Below are positions 43,880 to 55,177 of a stretch of DNA of 64,000 nucleotides, in pieces. The translations under genes and the position numbers were made by a program. The notes under the pieces are model-generated. The model worked only from the letters and a program-made list of their open reading frames with translations, had not been told where the DNA came from and did no database searches. How positions within the stretch are numbered: the first letter of the stretch is position 1; every line of letters begins with the position of its first letter. Origin of the DNA: Selaginella moellendorffii. Taxonomy: Eukaryota; Plantae; Lycopodiophyta. The stretch spans positions 62,001 to 126,000 of the forward strand of contig NW_003314263.1 of NCBI RefSeq assembly GCF_000143415.4. Direction: 5' to 3'.

Positions 43880-44993
43880 TTAAGCATCACTGTTTAAACC
43901 ACGCCACCCAGCGCGAAACTCTTCGCGGTACGCATTCAAGCGAGCCTTGAGATTTGGAGTCCGCAAGGACATGTGTAGAAGCGAGACTGTGACAAGAACG
44001 TAGATTGGGTACAAAGTAAGATGAGAATGGCGAGAACTTACGAATGAATCCCAGAGCGAGTGCGTAAAGGACGGTCTTGAAGGCCGAGGATATGTACCAA
44101 AACAACGCGCTCACTGTAGAAAGCTTAGTGTCAAACATGGAAACTTAACTTCGATCCAAGGAAAACTATGGAAACTTTGCGAACTCTAACTTCGGTCCAA
44201 AGAAACCACGCAAACTTTGCGAAAAGAGGATCGGGCACACCAGAAAAAGCGAAATAGAACTTAGATCTGAAGAGAAAAGAGAATACGTACGTGATAGAAT
44301 ACTTAAAACGACGATCCTGCGATCTGTGCCACAAATGTACACGTTTCCTTTCAAAGGACGGCCCCGTACTCCCACACTGCACACAAGTTGGACGAGAGAA
44401 AGATCAAGAGATTCGTGGCAAGAAACTCGAGAAAACTCACGACGTCGGTGGTCTCATCTTTGAAGCAAGAGGAGGAGATAATCTTCGGATCGCTCGCGTT
44501 AGCCTCTCGTTCACGGACAAGGCAAAGCTGACAAGAAAAAAACAAAAAATTCGTGAGAAAGAAGAGAAGATCGATCGAACGAGAAAAAACCTGTCATTGA
44601 GACACGCAGTGCCAATGCTCGAGATGAGAACCGCTATGAACGCTAGAGGATTACGGATGAAGCCTATGCCTGTGACGACGAAGAAAAAAAAAGGGATGAG
44701 AGAACTCACAAAAGATAGAGCTCAAGAACTTACAGAGGATGAAAGCTATGGAGAGGAAGTAGTTCGTTCTATAGCTGCGAGAAAACAAAGACATTTTTGA
44801 GTAATCTTCGGTGAAATGGAAGCGCAAGAACTTACTAGTAGAGATTACACTTGACTCGGCTCTCCCATTTGGCCCTGGTCTTTGGAATCGCGAATTTGGC
44901 GAAGAATTCAGCTAGCGGCCTCGGCGGCGTCGTCCACTCCACCTCCTTGAGCGCATCGACGAGCTCCCCCAGTTTCACATTGCCCCAATCCAT
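43880..44993 (-). CDS. PRA1: PRA1 family protein, clade A (prenylated Rab acceptor), multi-exon; not apparent in the ORF track
   Basis: Manual translation: MDWGNVKLGELVDALKEVEWTTPPRPLAEFF...KCNLYY, LNDSFA...LSPPLASKMRPP, VRGRP...YICG, LRTPNLKARLNAYREEFRA. Confidence 0.9.
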
Positions 44994-45162
44994 CGCTTAA
45001 GGGCCAGTACCTCCAAGAGATCGCGCGTCTCGCAAATCGCTGTCGCTCCACTGGGAATCCACACATAAACCCTAATTCGAGAGTTCCTTTTTTTAGGGCG
45101 ACGAAGAAAAGGGTAAGTCTTGCGATGGAGGGAAATTTCCGCGGTGGCCCGGGAGCTCGAGG

Positions 45163-48100
45163 ATGATCGAGTGGGAATGGAATCTCTTCCTCGACGCCCC
45201 GAGCTGGAGCAAAATCTCGATCCAGAAGGTTGTTCTTGCAGCGATCAGGGCTTCTACCAGGTCCAAAGATTTGAATCGGGGGAAGCAAATCCATGCCGCT
45301 GTGGCGGCGAGCTGCGATCGCTTGGAATCTCGCGTCGCCAGCAGCTTGATCGCAATGTACTCGCGATGCGGCAGCGTGATCGAGGCTAGAGCAGTGTTTG
45401 ATGACATGGATTCCCACGACGTGGTTTCCTGGACGGCTATCATACTTGGCTACGTCCAGAATGGCGACGCAGGAATGGCTCTGGAGCTGTTCGAAAGAAT
45501 GCTAGCTCAAGGAGTGTGTGATCCAGATGCCCGGGTTTACGTCGCTGCGATCAAAGCTTGCGCTCATCTAGCCACGAAAGAAGAAGCCATCGACGATCTT
45601 CCGGGAAGAATGGTGAAGTTACGATCGCTAGAGAGAGGGATGGCTCTCCATTCTCAGCTCGCAAGGAAGAACTGGGACGTAAACAACGTCTTCGTGGCTT
45701 CCAGCTTGGTGACTTTGTATCGCAAGTGTGGAGCGATGGTGGATGCTTGGAGAGTTTTCAAGAGGACGATTGCCAGGGCTGATGCTGCTATGTGGAATTC
45801 TCTCCTGCTCGGGTACGCGGAGAATGGAGAGCCGCAAGTGACTCTGGATTTGCTGCTGGCTGTGGGTGCCCCGGATCGGGGAACTTATGCTGCGGCACTC
45901 AAGGCTTGTTCTTACTTAGCAGCGAAAGAAGACGCTACCAAACTCGATGGTTTCGCGGTAAAGCTTGACGCTCTAGAGAAAGGCATGGCTGTTCACTCGC
46001 AAGCTGGGAAGGATGGCTTCAAGCTCGACGCTACTTTGGCCAACACTTTGATAGATACGTACGCGAACTGTGGTGGACTTGTCGATGCAAAGCGGGTTTT
46101 CGACAGGCTACCGGATCGTGACACAGTTTCCTGGACAGCTCTGATCCTCGGCTATGCTGAAAATGGAGAGAGCAAGGTGGCTTTGCAGCTGTTTGAGACG
46201 ATGCAACAGTCGGGTGGCTGTGTCTCAGATCATCGGGTTTTTATTGCTGCAGCGAAGGCATGCACTGATCTTGCGGAGAAAGCTGAGGCCGGAGAAGTTG
46301 ACATGAAACTGGCGCTCGAGATCGGCATGGCGATACATTCTCGAGCCGGAAAGAGCGAAAGTAAGAACGTCTATCTGGCAAGCTGTTTGATTGAGATGTA
46401 TTCCAGGTGTGGAAGCATGGTCGACGCTCGCCGGGTTTTTGATGGAGTTTCTCAACATACTGTGGTGCTCTGGAATGGATTGATATCGGGTTACGCGGAG
46501 AACGACGAAGGTGATATTGCTCTTCAGTTGTTTGTGCAAATGATTCACGGTTTTGATGGCTGTGCAGCAGATGATCGAACTTTTGTTGCTGCTGTCAAGG
46601 CTTGCACGAGTCTGTCGTCGAGTGAACAAGGCCGAGAAGTTGGAGGGAGTTTCGTGAAAGTGGCATCACTGGAGAAAGGCATGGCTGTCCACTCTCGAGC
46701 TCAAGTTTGCAACGCCGACTCGACAACCTTCGTTCGTAACAGTGTGATTGGTTTTTATTTCAAGGCTGGGTGTTCTCTAGATGCTGAAAGAGTGTTTTAT
46801 AGGCTGCAAAATCCGGATGCAGTGTCATGGAACAACATGATACTGGGTTACGCTCAAAATGGCGACGTTGAAGCAGCTCTCAACTTGTTCTCACAGATGC
46901 AAGCTACGAAGTGCAAAGCCGACGCTCGAACTTACGTAGCTGTTTTAAAGGCTTGCATCACTCTCGCAACAGACGAAGAGAGCACAGAAATCAACGGGAA
47001 GCTGACCAAGAAGACGTCCTTGGAAATTGGTTTCGCTGTTCATTCTCAAGCTGCAAAGAGAGACTTCGACAGCGACAATTTCGTGGGGAACAGCTTGTGT
47101 GCAATGTACGCAAACTGTGGAAGCTTGGTGGACGCTGTCATGGCTTTCGACAGAATTTCTCGCCGCTGTGTGGTATCCTGGACGACGCTGATGGTCGGCT
47201 ACGCTGAAAACGGCGAAGAAGGACTGGCTCTGGAGGTGCTCGAGTGGATTTTGTCCGAGAAATGCTGCACGCCGGACTCGCGAACTTACGCTGCTGCACT
47301 CAAGGCTTGCAGCAACCTTGCGATGAACGAGTTAAACGATCGAGCACTAGCGGTGAAAGTGAGAACACTGGAGACAGGGATGGCTATTCATTCTCAGGCA
47401 GCGAAGTCCAACTTTGCTCGGGATCTTTACGTGGAAAGTAGCTTGGTGGACATGTACGCCAAGTGTGGAAGCTTGGTGGACGCTCGGATGGTTTTCGAGC
47501 GCATGCCATGTCGTGATGAAGTGCTGACAACGATGATGATACATGCGTATGCTGAGAACGGGCAGGAGGAGGTGGCAATCCAGCTTTTCCAGGAGACTAG
47601 AGCCCGAACGAGGTATGGTTGTATCAATGCTTGGACTTTCTCTGCGGTACTAAAAGCTTGCAGTTGTGTTGCAGCCTTGGAGTTTGGGCGGGCTGTGCAT
47701 GCTGAATTGCTCCAGTTTGGGCTGGAAGGTGACGCTGTTCTTGTCAACAGTCTGGTGGATTTCTATGGTAAGTGTGGAAGCATGATCGATGCTCATATCG
47801 TGTTTGATTCGAGCCACAAGAGCGATCTAACATGGAGTGCTTTGATAGCAGGATACAGTCGTCAGGGAGACACCAGTTGTGTGATCGACTTGTTTCAGCA
47901 AATGCTACAGGATCAGGACATGAAACCGGGAGGTATCACACTGCTTTCGGTTCTGACCAGTTGTAGTCACGCAGGATTGTTTGAGAAGGGAAAGTCTTAC
48001 TTCCGGGAAATGCAAGAGACGCACAGAATCAGTCCAGATGTAGAGCACTACCATGCAATGATCGACATGTTTGGACGAGCCAACCAACTGGAAGATGCTC

Positions 48101-48282
48101 TCCTTATGGTGGAAGCAATGCCATTCAAAGCAGAGGTGATTACTTGGACAACGCTACTGGCTGCATGCGTCAAGTGGAAGAACGTAGGAGTCGGGAAGAA
48201 AGCGTTCCAGTCGCTGCTCAAGATAGACGAGAAAAACTGCGCATCCTACGTCCTTATGGCAAACAATCTTCTTTCCGGGTAA
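45163..48282 (+). CDS. PLS-class PPR protein with E domain, no DYW (1039 aa)
   Basis: Repeated MY.KCGS..DA..VF / VSWT..I.GYAENG triplets; SCSHAG, EHYHAMIDMFGRA, ASYVLMAN. Confidence 0.95.
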   Translation: MIEWEWNLFLDAPSWSKISIQKVVLAAIRASTRSKDLNRGKQIHAAVAASCDRLESRVASSLIAMYSRCGSVIEARAVFDDMDSHDVVSWTAIILGYVQNGDAGMALELFERMLAQGVCDPDARVYVAAIKACAHLATKEEAIDDLPGRMVKLRSLERGMALHSQLARKNWDVNNVFVASSLVTLYRKCGAMVDAWRVFKRTIARADAAMWNSLLLGYAENGEPQVTLDLLLAVGAPDRGTYAAALKACSYLAAKEDATKLDGFAVKLDALEKGMAVHSQAGKDGFKLDATLANTLIDTYANCGGLVDAKRVFDRLPDRDTVSWTALILGYAENGESKVALQLFETMQQSGGCVSDHRVFIAAAKACTDLAEKAEAGEVDMKLALEIGMAIHSRAGKSESKNVYLASCLIEMYSRCGSMVDARRVFDGVSQHTVVLWNGLISGYAENDEGDIALQLFVQMIHGFDGCAADDRTFVAAVKACTSLSSSEQGREVGGSFVKVASLEKGMAVHSRAQVCNADSTTFVRNSVIGFYFKAGCSLDAERVFYRLQNPDAVSWNNMILGYAQNGDVEAALNLFSQMQATKCKADARTYVAVLKACITLATDEESTEINGKLTKKTSLEIGFAVHSQAAKRDFDSDNFVGNSLCAMYANCGSLVDAVMAFDRISRRCVVSWTTLMVGYAENGEEGLALEVLEWILSEKCCTPDSRTYAAALKACSNLAMNELNDRALAVKVRTLETGMAIHSQAAKSNFARDLYVESSLVDMYAKCGSLVDARMVFERMPCRDEVLTTMMIHAYAENGQEEVAIQLFQETRARTRYGCINAWTFSAVLKACSCVAALEFGRAVHAELLQFGLEGDAVLVNSLVDFYGKCGSMIDAHIVFDSSHKSDLTWSALIAGYSRQGDTSCVIDLFQQMLQDQDMKPGGITLLSVLTSCSHAGLFEKGKSYFREMQETHRISPDVEHYHAMIDMFGRANQLEDALLMVEAMPFKAEVITWTTLLAACVKWKNVGVGKKAFQSLLKIDEKNCASYVLMANNLLSG

Positions 48283-48481
48283 GCATTGTCAACAGATAGA
48301 GGTGACTTGGGAGGTGGCCTTTCTTGCAGGAAGATTAGAAAATCCAGCGCCAGAGTTGAAAGCCATTCTCAACAAAATTGTAGTAGTCTCGTGATCATAC
48401 TGGGCAGCTGCGCTCTTGTTAAGAATGGCTTTCGAGCCTGCGCTTATCCGCGATACAAAAACGTTTTGCGAGAACTGCTAG

Positions 48482-50143
48482 CTATGGTATGGACGACTTT
48501 GTTTCCATTTCTCTCAATAGCCGCTTAAATCCATTCAACTTACTCCGTTGCAGCGAGTCGGAGCTACACACTCGAATGGCATCCAACAACATGGAATGAG
48601 CGACGTCCGTCCGGCCTCTCTTGCACAGCATCTCAACCAGAAGCTTGCAAGTCGCCGGATCCGGAGCCAGTCGCCTGTCCAGCATCTCAACGTAGTATTT
48701 GACGGCCTCGTCCACCAGGGCCGCTTTGCAGCAGCCTCTCACCAGTGCCGAGTACACCACCGCGCAAGGTGGGCATCTCTCTCGCAGTATCTTCTCGAAA
48801 AACTCGGTCGCTGTTCTCACCTTTCCATTCTCAAACAGTCCTTCCAGCAGCACCGTGTATGTGGTCACGTCCGGAGGAATTCCTTTCGCAACCATGCTCC
48901 GGATGACTTGCTGCGCGTCTTGCAAACTCCCGGCCTTGCAGTGCGCGTGAACGAGCGTGGTGTAAGTGACGACACTGGGATTGCATCCCTCTCGCAGCAT
49001 CTCCTCAAACACCCGACTGACTTCGCTGGTTCTTCCTTGCTTGCAGAGCCCGTCCATGAGCGTGGTGTACGTGAACGTATCGGCCCTCAAGTCCCGAGCT
49101 TTCATCTGCTTCACGAGCTCAAACGCATGCTCCAGCCGATCGGCCTTGCACAACCCGCTGATGAGAGCGTTGAAGGTGACAACGTTTGGCTCTGCGTGGT
49201 GATCCCTGGAGCTCAACACTTTGAAGAGCTGCAGTGCCTCGCTGAGGTTCCCGGACTTGCAAAAGCCATCGATGAGCGTGGTGTAAGTCACGGCGTTTGG
49301 AACGCATCCCATCGAGACCAAAGTTTCCAGCATCTCGTACGCTTCTCTCACTCGCCCGGCCTTGCAGAAGCCATGGATGATCACGTTCCAGGCGACTATG
49401 TCAGGTTTGGCCGATTTCTTTTCCACCATGTCGAGCAGGAGCTGATAAGCCTCGTCCACTCTCTGTGCCTTGCAGAAGCCGCGGGCGACGCTGGTGATGG
49501 CGATCACGTCCGAGGAGCAGCAAGAGCTCTCCTCGAGAAGCTGGCGAGCTTGGTCCAGTCGATCCATCTTGCAGTAGCACTTGATGATCGCGGTGTAAGT
49601 GGTGGCCTCCGGGACGAGCGCAAAGTTCTTCTCCATCTCGTGGAAGAGCTCCAGCGCTTTATCCAGGAGCTGGAGCTCGCAAAAGCCATTGATGAGGATG
49701 TTGAGCGTGATGACGCTGGGAGAGCACTGGATCCCGCGGAAGATCGCCATGGCTTGATCCATCGTGCCCGCTTGGCAGAGACTGGCGAGAAGGAGATTGA
49801 TGTCTCTCAAGTTTGGAACGCAATGCCTTTCTAGCATCTGGTTGTAGCACTCGACCGCTTCGCCCAATCGCCCGGCCTTGCACAGCCCCGCGATGAGCAC
49901 AGAAAATGTGAATCGGTTTGGCGAGCAGCGCCGCGTGGCTCGCATCTCCTGCTCGAGGAGGAGCGCGGCGTCGAGCGATTGCGCCTTGACGAGCGAGTGG
50001 AGGAGGGAATTGTATGTGTAGGTCGAGTGCTTGAATCCCTGCTGCGCTGACGCCCACCTGAAGAAGAGAAATGCGGAGGTGGGATCTTGCGCGTTGCGTA
50101 GGACGAGCGCGACGGTGCGGTAGTCCAAGCCGGAGCTGTTCAT
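48482..50143 (-). CDS. P-class PPR protein
   Basis: 35-aa repeats such as PNAVTYTTLIDGFCKSG and TFNALISGLCKA; N-terminal FFRWA..Q.GFKH. Confidence 0.95.
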   Translation of the reverse strand: MNSSGLDYRTVALVLRNAQDPTSAFLFFRWASAQQGFKHSTYTYNSLLHSLVKAQSLDAALLLEQEMRATRRCSPNRFTFSVLIAGLCKAGRLGEAVECYNQMLERHCVPNLRDINLLLASLCQAGTMDQAMAIFRGIQCSPSVITLNILINGFCELQLLDKALELFHEMEKNFALVPEATTYTAIIKCYCKMDRLDQARQLLEESSCCSSDVIAITSVARGFCKAQRVDEAYQLLLDMVEKKSAKPDIVAWNVIIHGFCKAGRVREAYEMLETLVSMGCVPNAVTYTTLIDGFCKSGNLSEALQLFKVLSSRDHHAEPNVVTFNALISGLCKADRLEHAFELVKQMKARDLRADTFTYTTLMDGLCKQGRTSEVSRVFEEMLREGCNPSVVTYTTLVHAHCKAGSLQDAQQVIRSMVAKGIPPDVTTYTVLLEGLFENGKVRTATEFFEKILRERCPPCAVVYSALVRGCCKAALVDEAVKYYVEMLDRRLAPDPATCKLLVEMLCKRGRTDVAHSMLLDAIRVCSSDSLQRSKLNGFKRLLREMETKSSIP

Positions 50144-50224
50144 CGTCGCCCATCGCCCAGAGGAACCCTAATCTTGGAAGAACCCTAAAATTTTGGGCTG
50201 GGTTTGGGCGGGGTTTAGGGTTTT
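50144..50224. promoter_or_regulatory. 81-bp bidirectional intergenic region with telo-boxes
   Basis: AACCCTAA twice, TGGGCT (site II-like) and TTAGGGTTT between two divergent ATGs. Confidence 0.6.
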
Positions 50225-52165
50225 ATGGCCATTTGGGCCATCGTCAAGAATGCCGCGCGCTCCGGGTCTCGGCGATGCAATGCGGCGCGCCTAGCACTCG
50301 AAATATCCGATCGCCGGGCATCAGGTATGTGCTGGATGATCGATTCGGGCAAGCTGGGGCTCCAATGCCGCGGCATGGCGGTGATAAAGCGCGATCAGGT
50401 TAGACACAAGCACACGGATCACGTCGCGGCTGTGGATTTCTTCGAGGAAGGGATGGATTCCCAGGAGGAGCTGGATGCCGAGGAGGAGCTGGGAGGAGAA
50501 GATAAATCGGGTGCATCGGGAAAGAGTCACATTGACAGGGTCGTGTGGTGCATCGACCTTTGCGACTCAGCGTCCGAGCTTACATTTAGTCTCAACGCTC
50601 TCAAGCACAGCGGCATCAACCTCATGCCTTACGATCTTCCAGCCATTTTCAAGAGGATAAAGCATCCTTCCAAGGCCATGGGCTTCTACAAATGGGTGAA
50701 AGACGAGCCGGATCTCACGCTTGCTAGCGAGGCTTATGAGAGCATCGTGAAGATCTTGTGCGATCGAAAGCACTATGGAAGTATGTGGAGCGTTCTGGAC
50801 GAGATGAAGAGAAACCGAGCCGGGGTGCCAGACTTCGTCTTCTTCACCATCTTTAAGAGCTGTGCTCGAGCTCAGAACTCCACTGAGGCGGCTCACGCTT
50901 TCAACAGGATGGCTGACTATGGTTGCAAGCCCAGTGAGGATCTCTACAACAGTTTGATCGCGACGCTTCTCCAGTGCTCGGCTGAGAAGGCCGCGGTGGC
51001 TTATATAGGCAGGATGGAGCAGGCACGGTTTCGACTTAACGACGACAACATAAATCTCTTGCGTGTCGTCCAGAGGAGATCGGAGGTTCACAGAGACTAC
51101 GAAGCAATCCTTGCCGGAGACGTCCCACACACGGAGGAGTTTTGCTGCGAGACTATCCTCAAGCTTTGCAAAGTTTATAAGCTGGACGAAGCTATGGAAG
51201 TCTTCCGGTTCATGGCCCGGTCAAGGTTCCACCCCACGCCCGAAGTCTACGAAACTCTCACGAACTATCTCGCGGAGACTGAAAGGAGTGCCGACGCTCT
51301 CAAGGTCTTCAAGGTTCTCGTGAAGCTCAAGGACCGGCCGACGTTCTTCACATGCATTTGGGTGGCGAGCTCGCTAGTCATGGAGCTCAAGTTCCGGGAC
51401 GCTAGAATGATCGTGGAGGCTCTCAAGGGATCGAAGTACCGGTTCAAGCTCCGAGAGTATATCACGCGGCTCTGCGTCGCGACGCTGACAAAGGCAACGT
51501 GGGACTTGCTCCGCTTCATGAAGTACAGCGGTTACCAGCCCAACCGCGGCACTTACATCGCTTGCGTCCGAGCAGCACACAAACGCCTCAAGAAGCCTCT
51601 GGTCGTCCAAGACGTGATTCGCGCTGGTGGCAGCTCGATGCTCCTGCCATCCAATCTCCTCCTCAAGATACTCGCCAACAGCGACCACCGTTACTTATGG
51701 GATTTCGTGAGGTTCATGGAGGAGAAGAAGCTCAAGCCGAACTCCTACAGCTACTCGCGGCTCATCAAGGCGTACTACAAGGCGGACAAGATGAAGTTCG
51801 CGTGGCAAGCGTACGAGGAGATGAGAAGCAAGGACATGTTTCCTTCCAGCTGGGCTTACGCTTGCTTGGTTCACGACGCTGCTTGGAGCATCAGCGGGGA
51901 CTATGCAGTGGAGCTGTTCGACGAGGCGGTCGAGAAGCGCGGGCTCCCGCATCCCAGGATGGCCAAGCACCTCATCGTTACGCTGTGCTACCGGGGCTGC
52001 TCCGACACGGCTCTCAGGATCTACAAGGAGCTCAAAGCTCGGGGAGCTGTTCTCCACTCGAGCTTGCGAGTGCTGCGGTGCCTGAGGACTGTGAAAACGG
52101 CTGCGACCCGTGAGCTTCTCGCGGAGATCGAGGAAGACATTCTTCACAGGTGGCATGGTAAGTGA
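50225..52165 (+). CDS. Degenerate P-class PPR protein with probable organellar presequence
   Basis: Repeats such as PSEDLYNSLIATLL and PNSYSYSRLIKAYYKAD; basic N-terminus. Confidence 0.85.
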   Translation: MAIWAIVKNAARSGSRRCNAARLALEISDRRASGMCWMIDSGKLGLQCRGMAVIKRDQVRHKHTDHVAAVDFFEEGMDSQEELDAEEELGGEDKSGASGKSHIDRVVWCIDLCDSASELTFSLNALKHSGINLMPYDLPAIFKRIKHPSKAMGFYKWVKDEPDLTLASEAYESIVKILCDRKHYGSMWSVLDEMKRNRAGVPDFVFFTIFKSCARAQNSTEAAHAFNRMADYGCKPSEDLYNSLIATLLQCSAEKAAVAYIGRMEQARFRLNDDNINLLRVVQRRSEVHRDYEAILAGDVPHTEEFCCETILKLCKVYKLDEAMEVFRFMARSRFHPTPEVYETLTNYLAETERSADALKVFKVLVKLKDRPTFFTCIWVASSLVMELKFRDARMIVEALKGSKYRFKLREYITRLCVATLTKATWDLLRFMKYSGYQPNRGTYIACVRAAHKRLKKPLVVQDVIRAGGSSMLLPSNLLLKILANSDHRYLWDFVRFMEEKKLKPNSYSYSRLIKAYYKADKMKFAWQAYEEMRSKDMFPSSWAYACLVHDAAWSISGDYAVELFDEAVEKRGLPHPRMAKHLIVTLCYRGCSDTALRIYKELKARGAVLHSSLRVLRCLRTVKTAATRELLAEIEEDILHRWHGK

Positions 52166-52368
52166 CTTGCCATTTTTTTTTTCTTTTTCCTGCCCTGTTT
52201 TTAGGGCTCCTAATGATTCGACCTTTTCTAGGAATCATGGACAGCGTTTCTTAGCGAGAGGTATGTTTCGCTACTCATTGCATTTGTGAAAATTCTGTCC
52301 AGGGAGCATATAGTTGTCAAAAGTTATGCTTTTTCTCACAGCTTTTGTTTCCAGGCCGATCCTTGAGC

Positions 52369-54305
52369 ATGGCAACAGACAGTGCTGCAATTATGGAAAC
52401 AGCGACGAGAGATGACGATTTGTACACCAAGGATGGGACTGTTGATATTTGTGGGAGGCGTGCGACTCGAGCATCAACTGGATTGTGGAAAGCTGCTGGA
52501 TTTGTTCTTGGTATTGCAGTTTCTTTCGCATTCGTTTTCTCTTTTTTAATGTTGTGATTTGTTTTGCAGTAAATCAGGCTTTGGTTTCAGTAACTTACTA
52601 TGGGATTTACAATAATCTCGTGCGCTACCTGACCAATGTTCTCCATCAGAGCAATGCTACTGCGGCTAGCAACGTCAACCTATGGACAGGCACGTCCTCG
52701 ATCACCGCTTTGATCGGTGGCTTCATTAGTGATTCGTACTTGGGCCGATATTGGACTACAACCCTCTTTCTCTTCGTGTATCTCTTGGTAAGCATAGTTG
52801 TTTTTATTCTTTCTTTCTTTTCTGGGCCGAGTCTAATCTTGTTTCGTGCAGGGTATGATACTCTTGACATTATCAGCGGCTTTGCCTTCTCTGAAGCCTC
52901 CAAGTTGCGACACGGGAGTTGATTGCCAGCCTGCGTCACCAGCCCAAACTGGCGTCTTCTTCTTTGCTGTGTACCTCGGGGGTCTGGCTTCTGGAGCATA
53001 TCAACCTTGCAACTCATCGCTCGGAGCTGACCAATTTGACGAAGAGAATCCAGACGAGCTTCCGAAGATGACAGCCTACTTCAACTGGTTCTACCAGTCC
53101 ATGACAGTAGGAGCGCTGCTCGCGTCCACTCTCGTCCTCTACACGCAAGAGAACGTGAGCTGGAGTTTTGGATTTGGCATCTGCACGATCGCTATGGGCC
53201 TTGCGGTGGTCGTGTTTCTTATCGGGACACCTCTTTACCGCAACCATGGGCCTGGCGGCAATCCTCTCGTTCGAGTTTTCCAAGTACTGGTTGCCACTGT
53301 GAGGAAGATGGGATTGAAGAATCCCAACGACGCCAGCCTTCTCTACGAAGTAGCCGATGACAAACCGAGCATCAAAGGCAGCCGGAAGATTCAACACACG
53401 ACGAATTTCCAGTGAGTTTTCCGTTGCTGCTTCTCTTTCGAGCTTATCAAATAGATGTTTTCATTACTTCCAGGTTCCTTGACAAGGCAGCTATAATACT
53501 TCCCTCCGATCTGGAAGAGGTAAATCCGTGGAGACTGTGCACAGTAAGCCAAGTGGAAGAGGTCAAGTGCATCATTCGCATGCTCCCTATACTCCTGAGC
53601 AGCATCGTCTACTCCATTGTCTACTCTCAAATGGCCACGCTGTTTCTGGAGCAAGGCGGAACCATGGATACGCACTTGGGACGCTACAAGATCCCTCCAG
53701 GTTCTCTTTCAGTCTTTGAGAACTTGAGCATCCTGGTTTGCACGCCGACTTACGAGTGGTTCCTTGTTCCATTGCTCCGGAGGTTCACCAAGCATCCCAA
53801 GGGCCTGACCGACTTGCAACGCATAGGAACCGGGCTCTTCGTGATCATGCTCTCGATGGTGGTGGCAGCGCTCGTCGAGATTCGCAGGCTGGGTGTTGCA
53901 AGAGACCACGGCCAGCTCGACTCGCCGGCGGCCGTTCTCCCGATGAGCGTCTTCTGGCTCGTCCCCCAGTACTTTCTCGTCGGAGCCTCGGAGGTGTTCA
54001 CGTTTATCGGCTTGATCGAGTTCTTCTACGATGAGTCGCCGGATGGGATGAGAGCGCTGGGCAGCTCGTTCCAGCTGACAGCATTGGCGTGTGGAAACTA
54101 TTCGAGCAGCCTGGTGGTGACCATTGTGAACGGAGTGACTGGGAGACGAGGCCACACTAGCTGGATTGCAGACAACTTGAATCGGGCTCATTTTGACTAC
54201 TTTTACTGGATGCTAGCAGTGGTAACTGGTATTGATCTCGTCTTCTTTATGGTGTGTGCTTATTTTTACAAGTACATCAAAACAGTTTCATTCTCTAACG
54301 AGTAA
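52369..54305 (+). CDS. NRT1/PTR (NPF) transporter, NPF7/NPF8-like, 4 coding exons
   Basis: YTKDGTVD, ISDSYLGRYWT, GADQFDE, YFNWFY, PGGNPLVRVFQV, NPWRLCTVSQVEEVK, WLVPQYFLVG, DNLNRAHFDYFYW. Confidence 0.95.
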
Positions 54306-55177
54306 TAAAATCCAGTGTCCTCACACTAAAATGCTATGTAATAGAAATACTTAAGCCAAATATAAAACCTAACTACAATTTCACCTACATTGAGGTTAGA
54401 ACCTAAAGATTGTACTTGCACTGAAATGAAATCTTGCGACTAGAACACCAGCAAGAAATGCTCTTTTGGGGCTGCATGTGGGCAAGATCAATGCTCCAGG
54501 CTTGATAGAGCCACTCTTCCACAATTTCCAGTTAGTGACATGTGGACCATTTGTGATCATTCACCCCTTTTAGGTGGGCATGTAGGTATGAGTGAGGCAT
54601 GTGCCATTTGAGAGTAGAGACAGTATGTACACATAAACCCTAAAATCTCAGAGTTGAACACAATTTATTAATAGACAACTTGATTGGTTTACTGTGCACA
54701 ACCTTTATGGACTTAACTCTTCCTGGTTGGACAGAAGGATAAAACCATAACATATTGAATAATCACATAATTCAACTCTTAATACAAATTTTTTGTATAC
54801 AAATATTAATCAATAATTAAATAAATTGCTACGCCTTGCATGTAGCAATGCTTGGTTTGCTTAATAGTAGTTTTATTATTATTTATTAATCCAATTGATC
54901 AAATAAAGTTTATAATTATAAGTATGTTTGTAATTTATAAACACAAGATTAATCTTATTTCATATCAACCATTAGATGATAGAATCAAAAAGAATATATT
55001 AGAAAGGGTTTTAAAAAGTTTATAAATTATAAACATGTTTATAAATTATAAATACAAGATTAATCTAAATTAAATGGTAGAATATCCTAGAATATCCAAG
55101 TATATTCTAGGTATATTCATTACCATCCCAGTCCCCCTATAAGTTTGCTTAAGCAAACCAAAAAGTTTATATACAAC

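Noticed and set aside
48548-49834. 428-aa plus-strand ORF and similar long shadow ORFs over the RLK, SET and PPR genes
   Set aside because: Antisense or off-frame shadows of GC-rich coding sequence, with no motifs.
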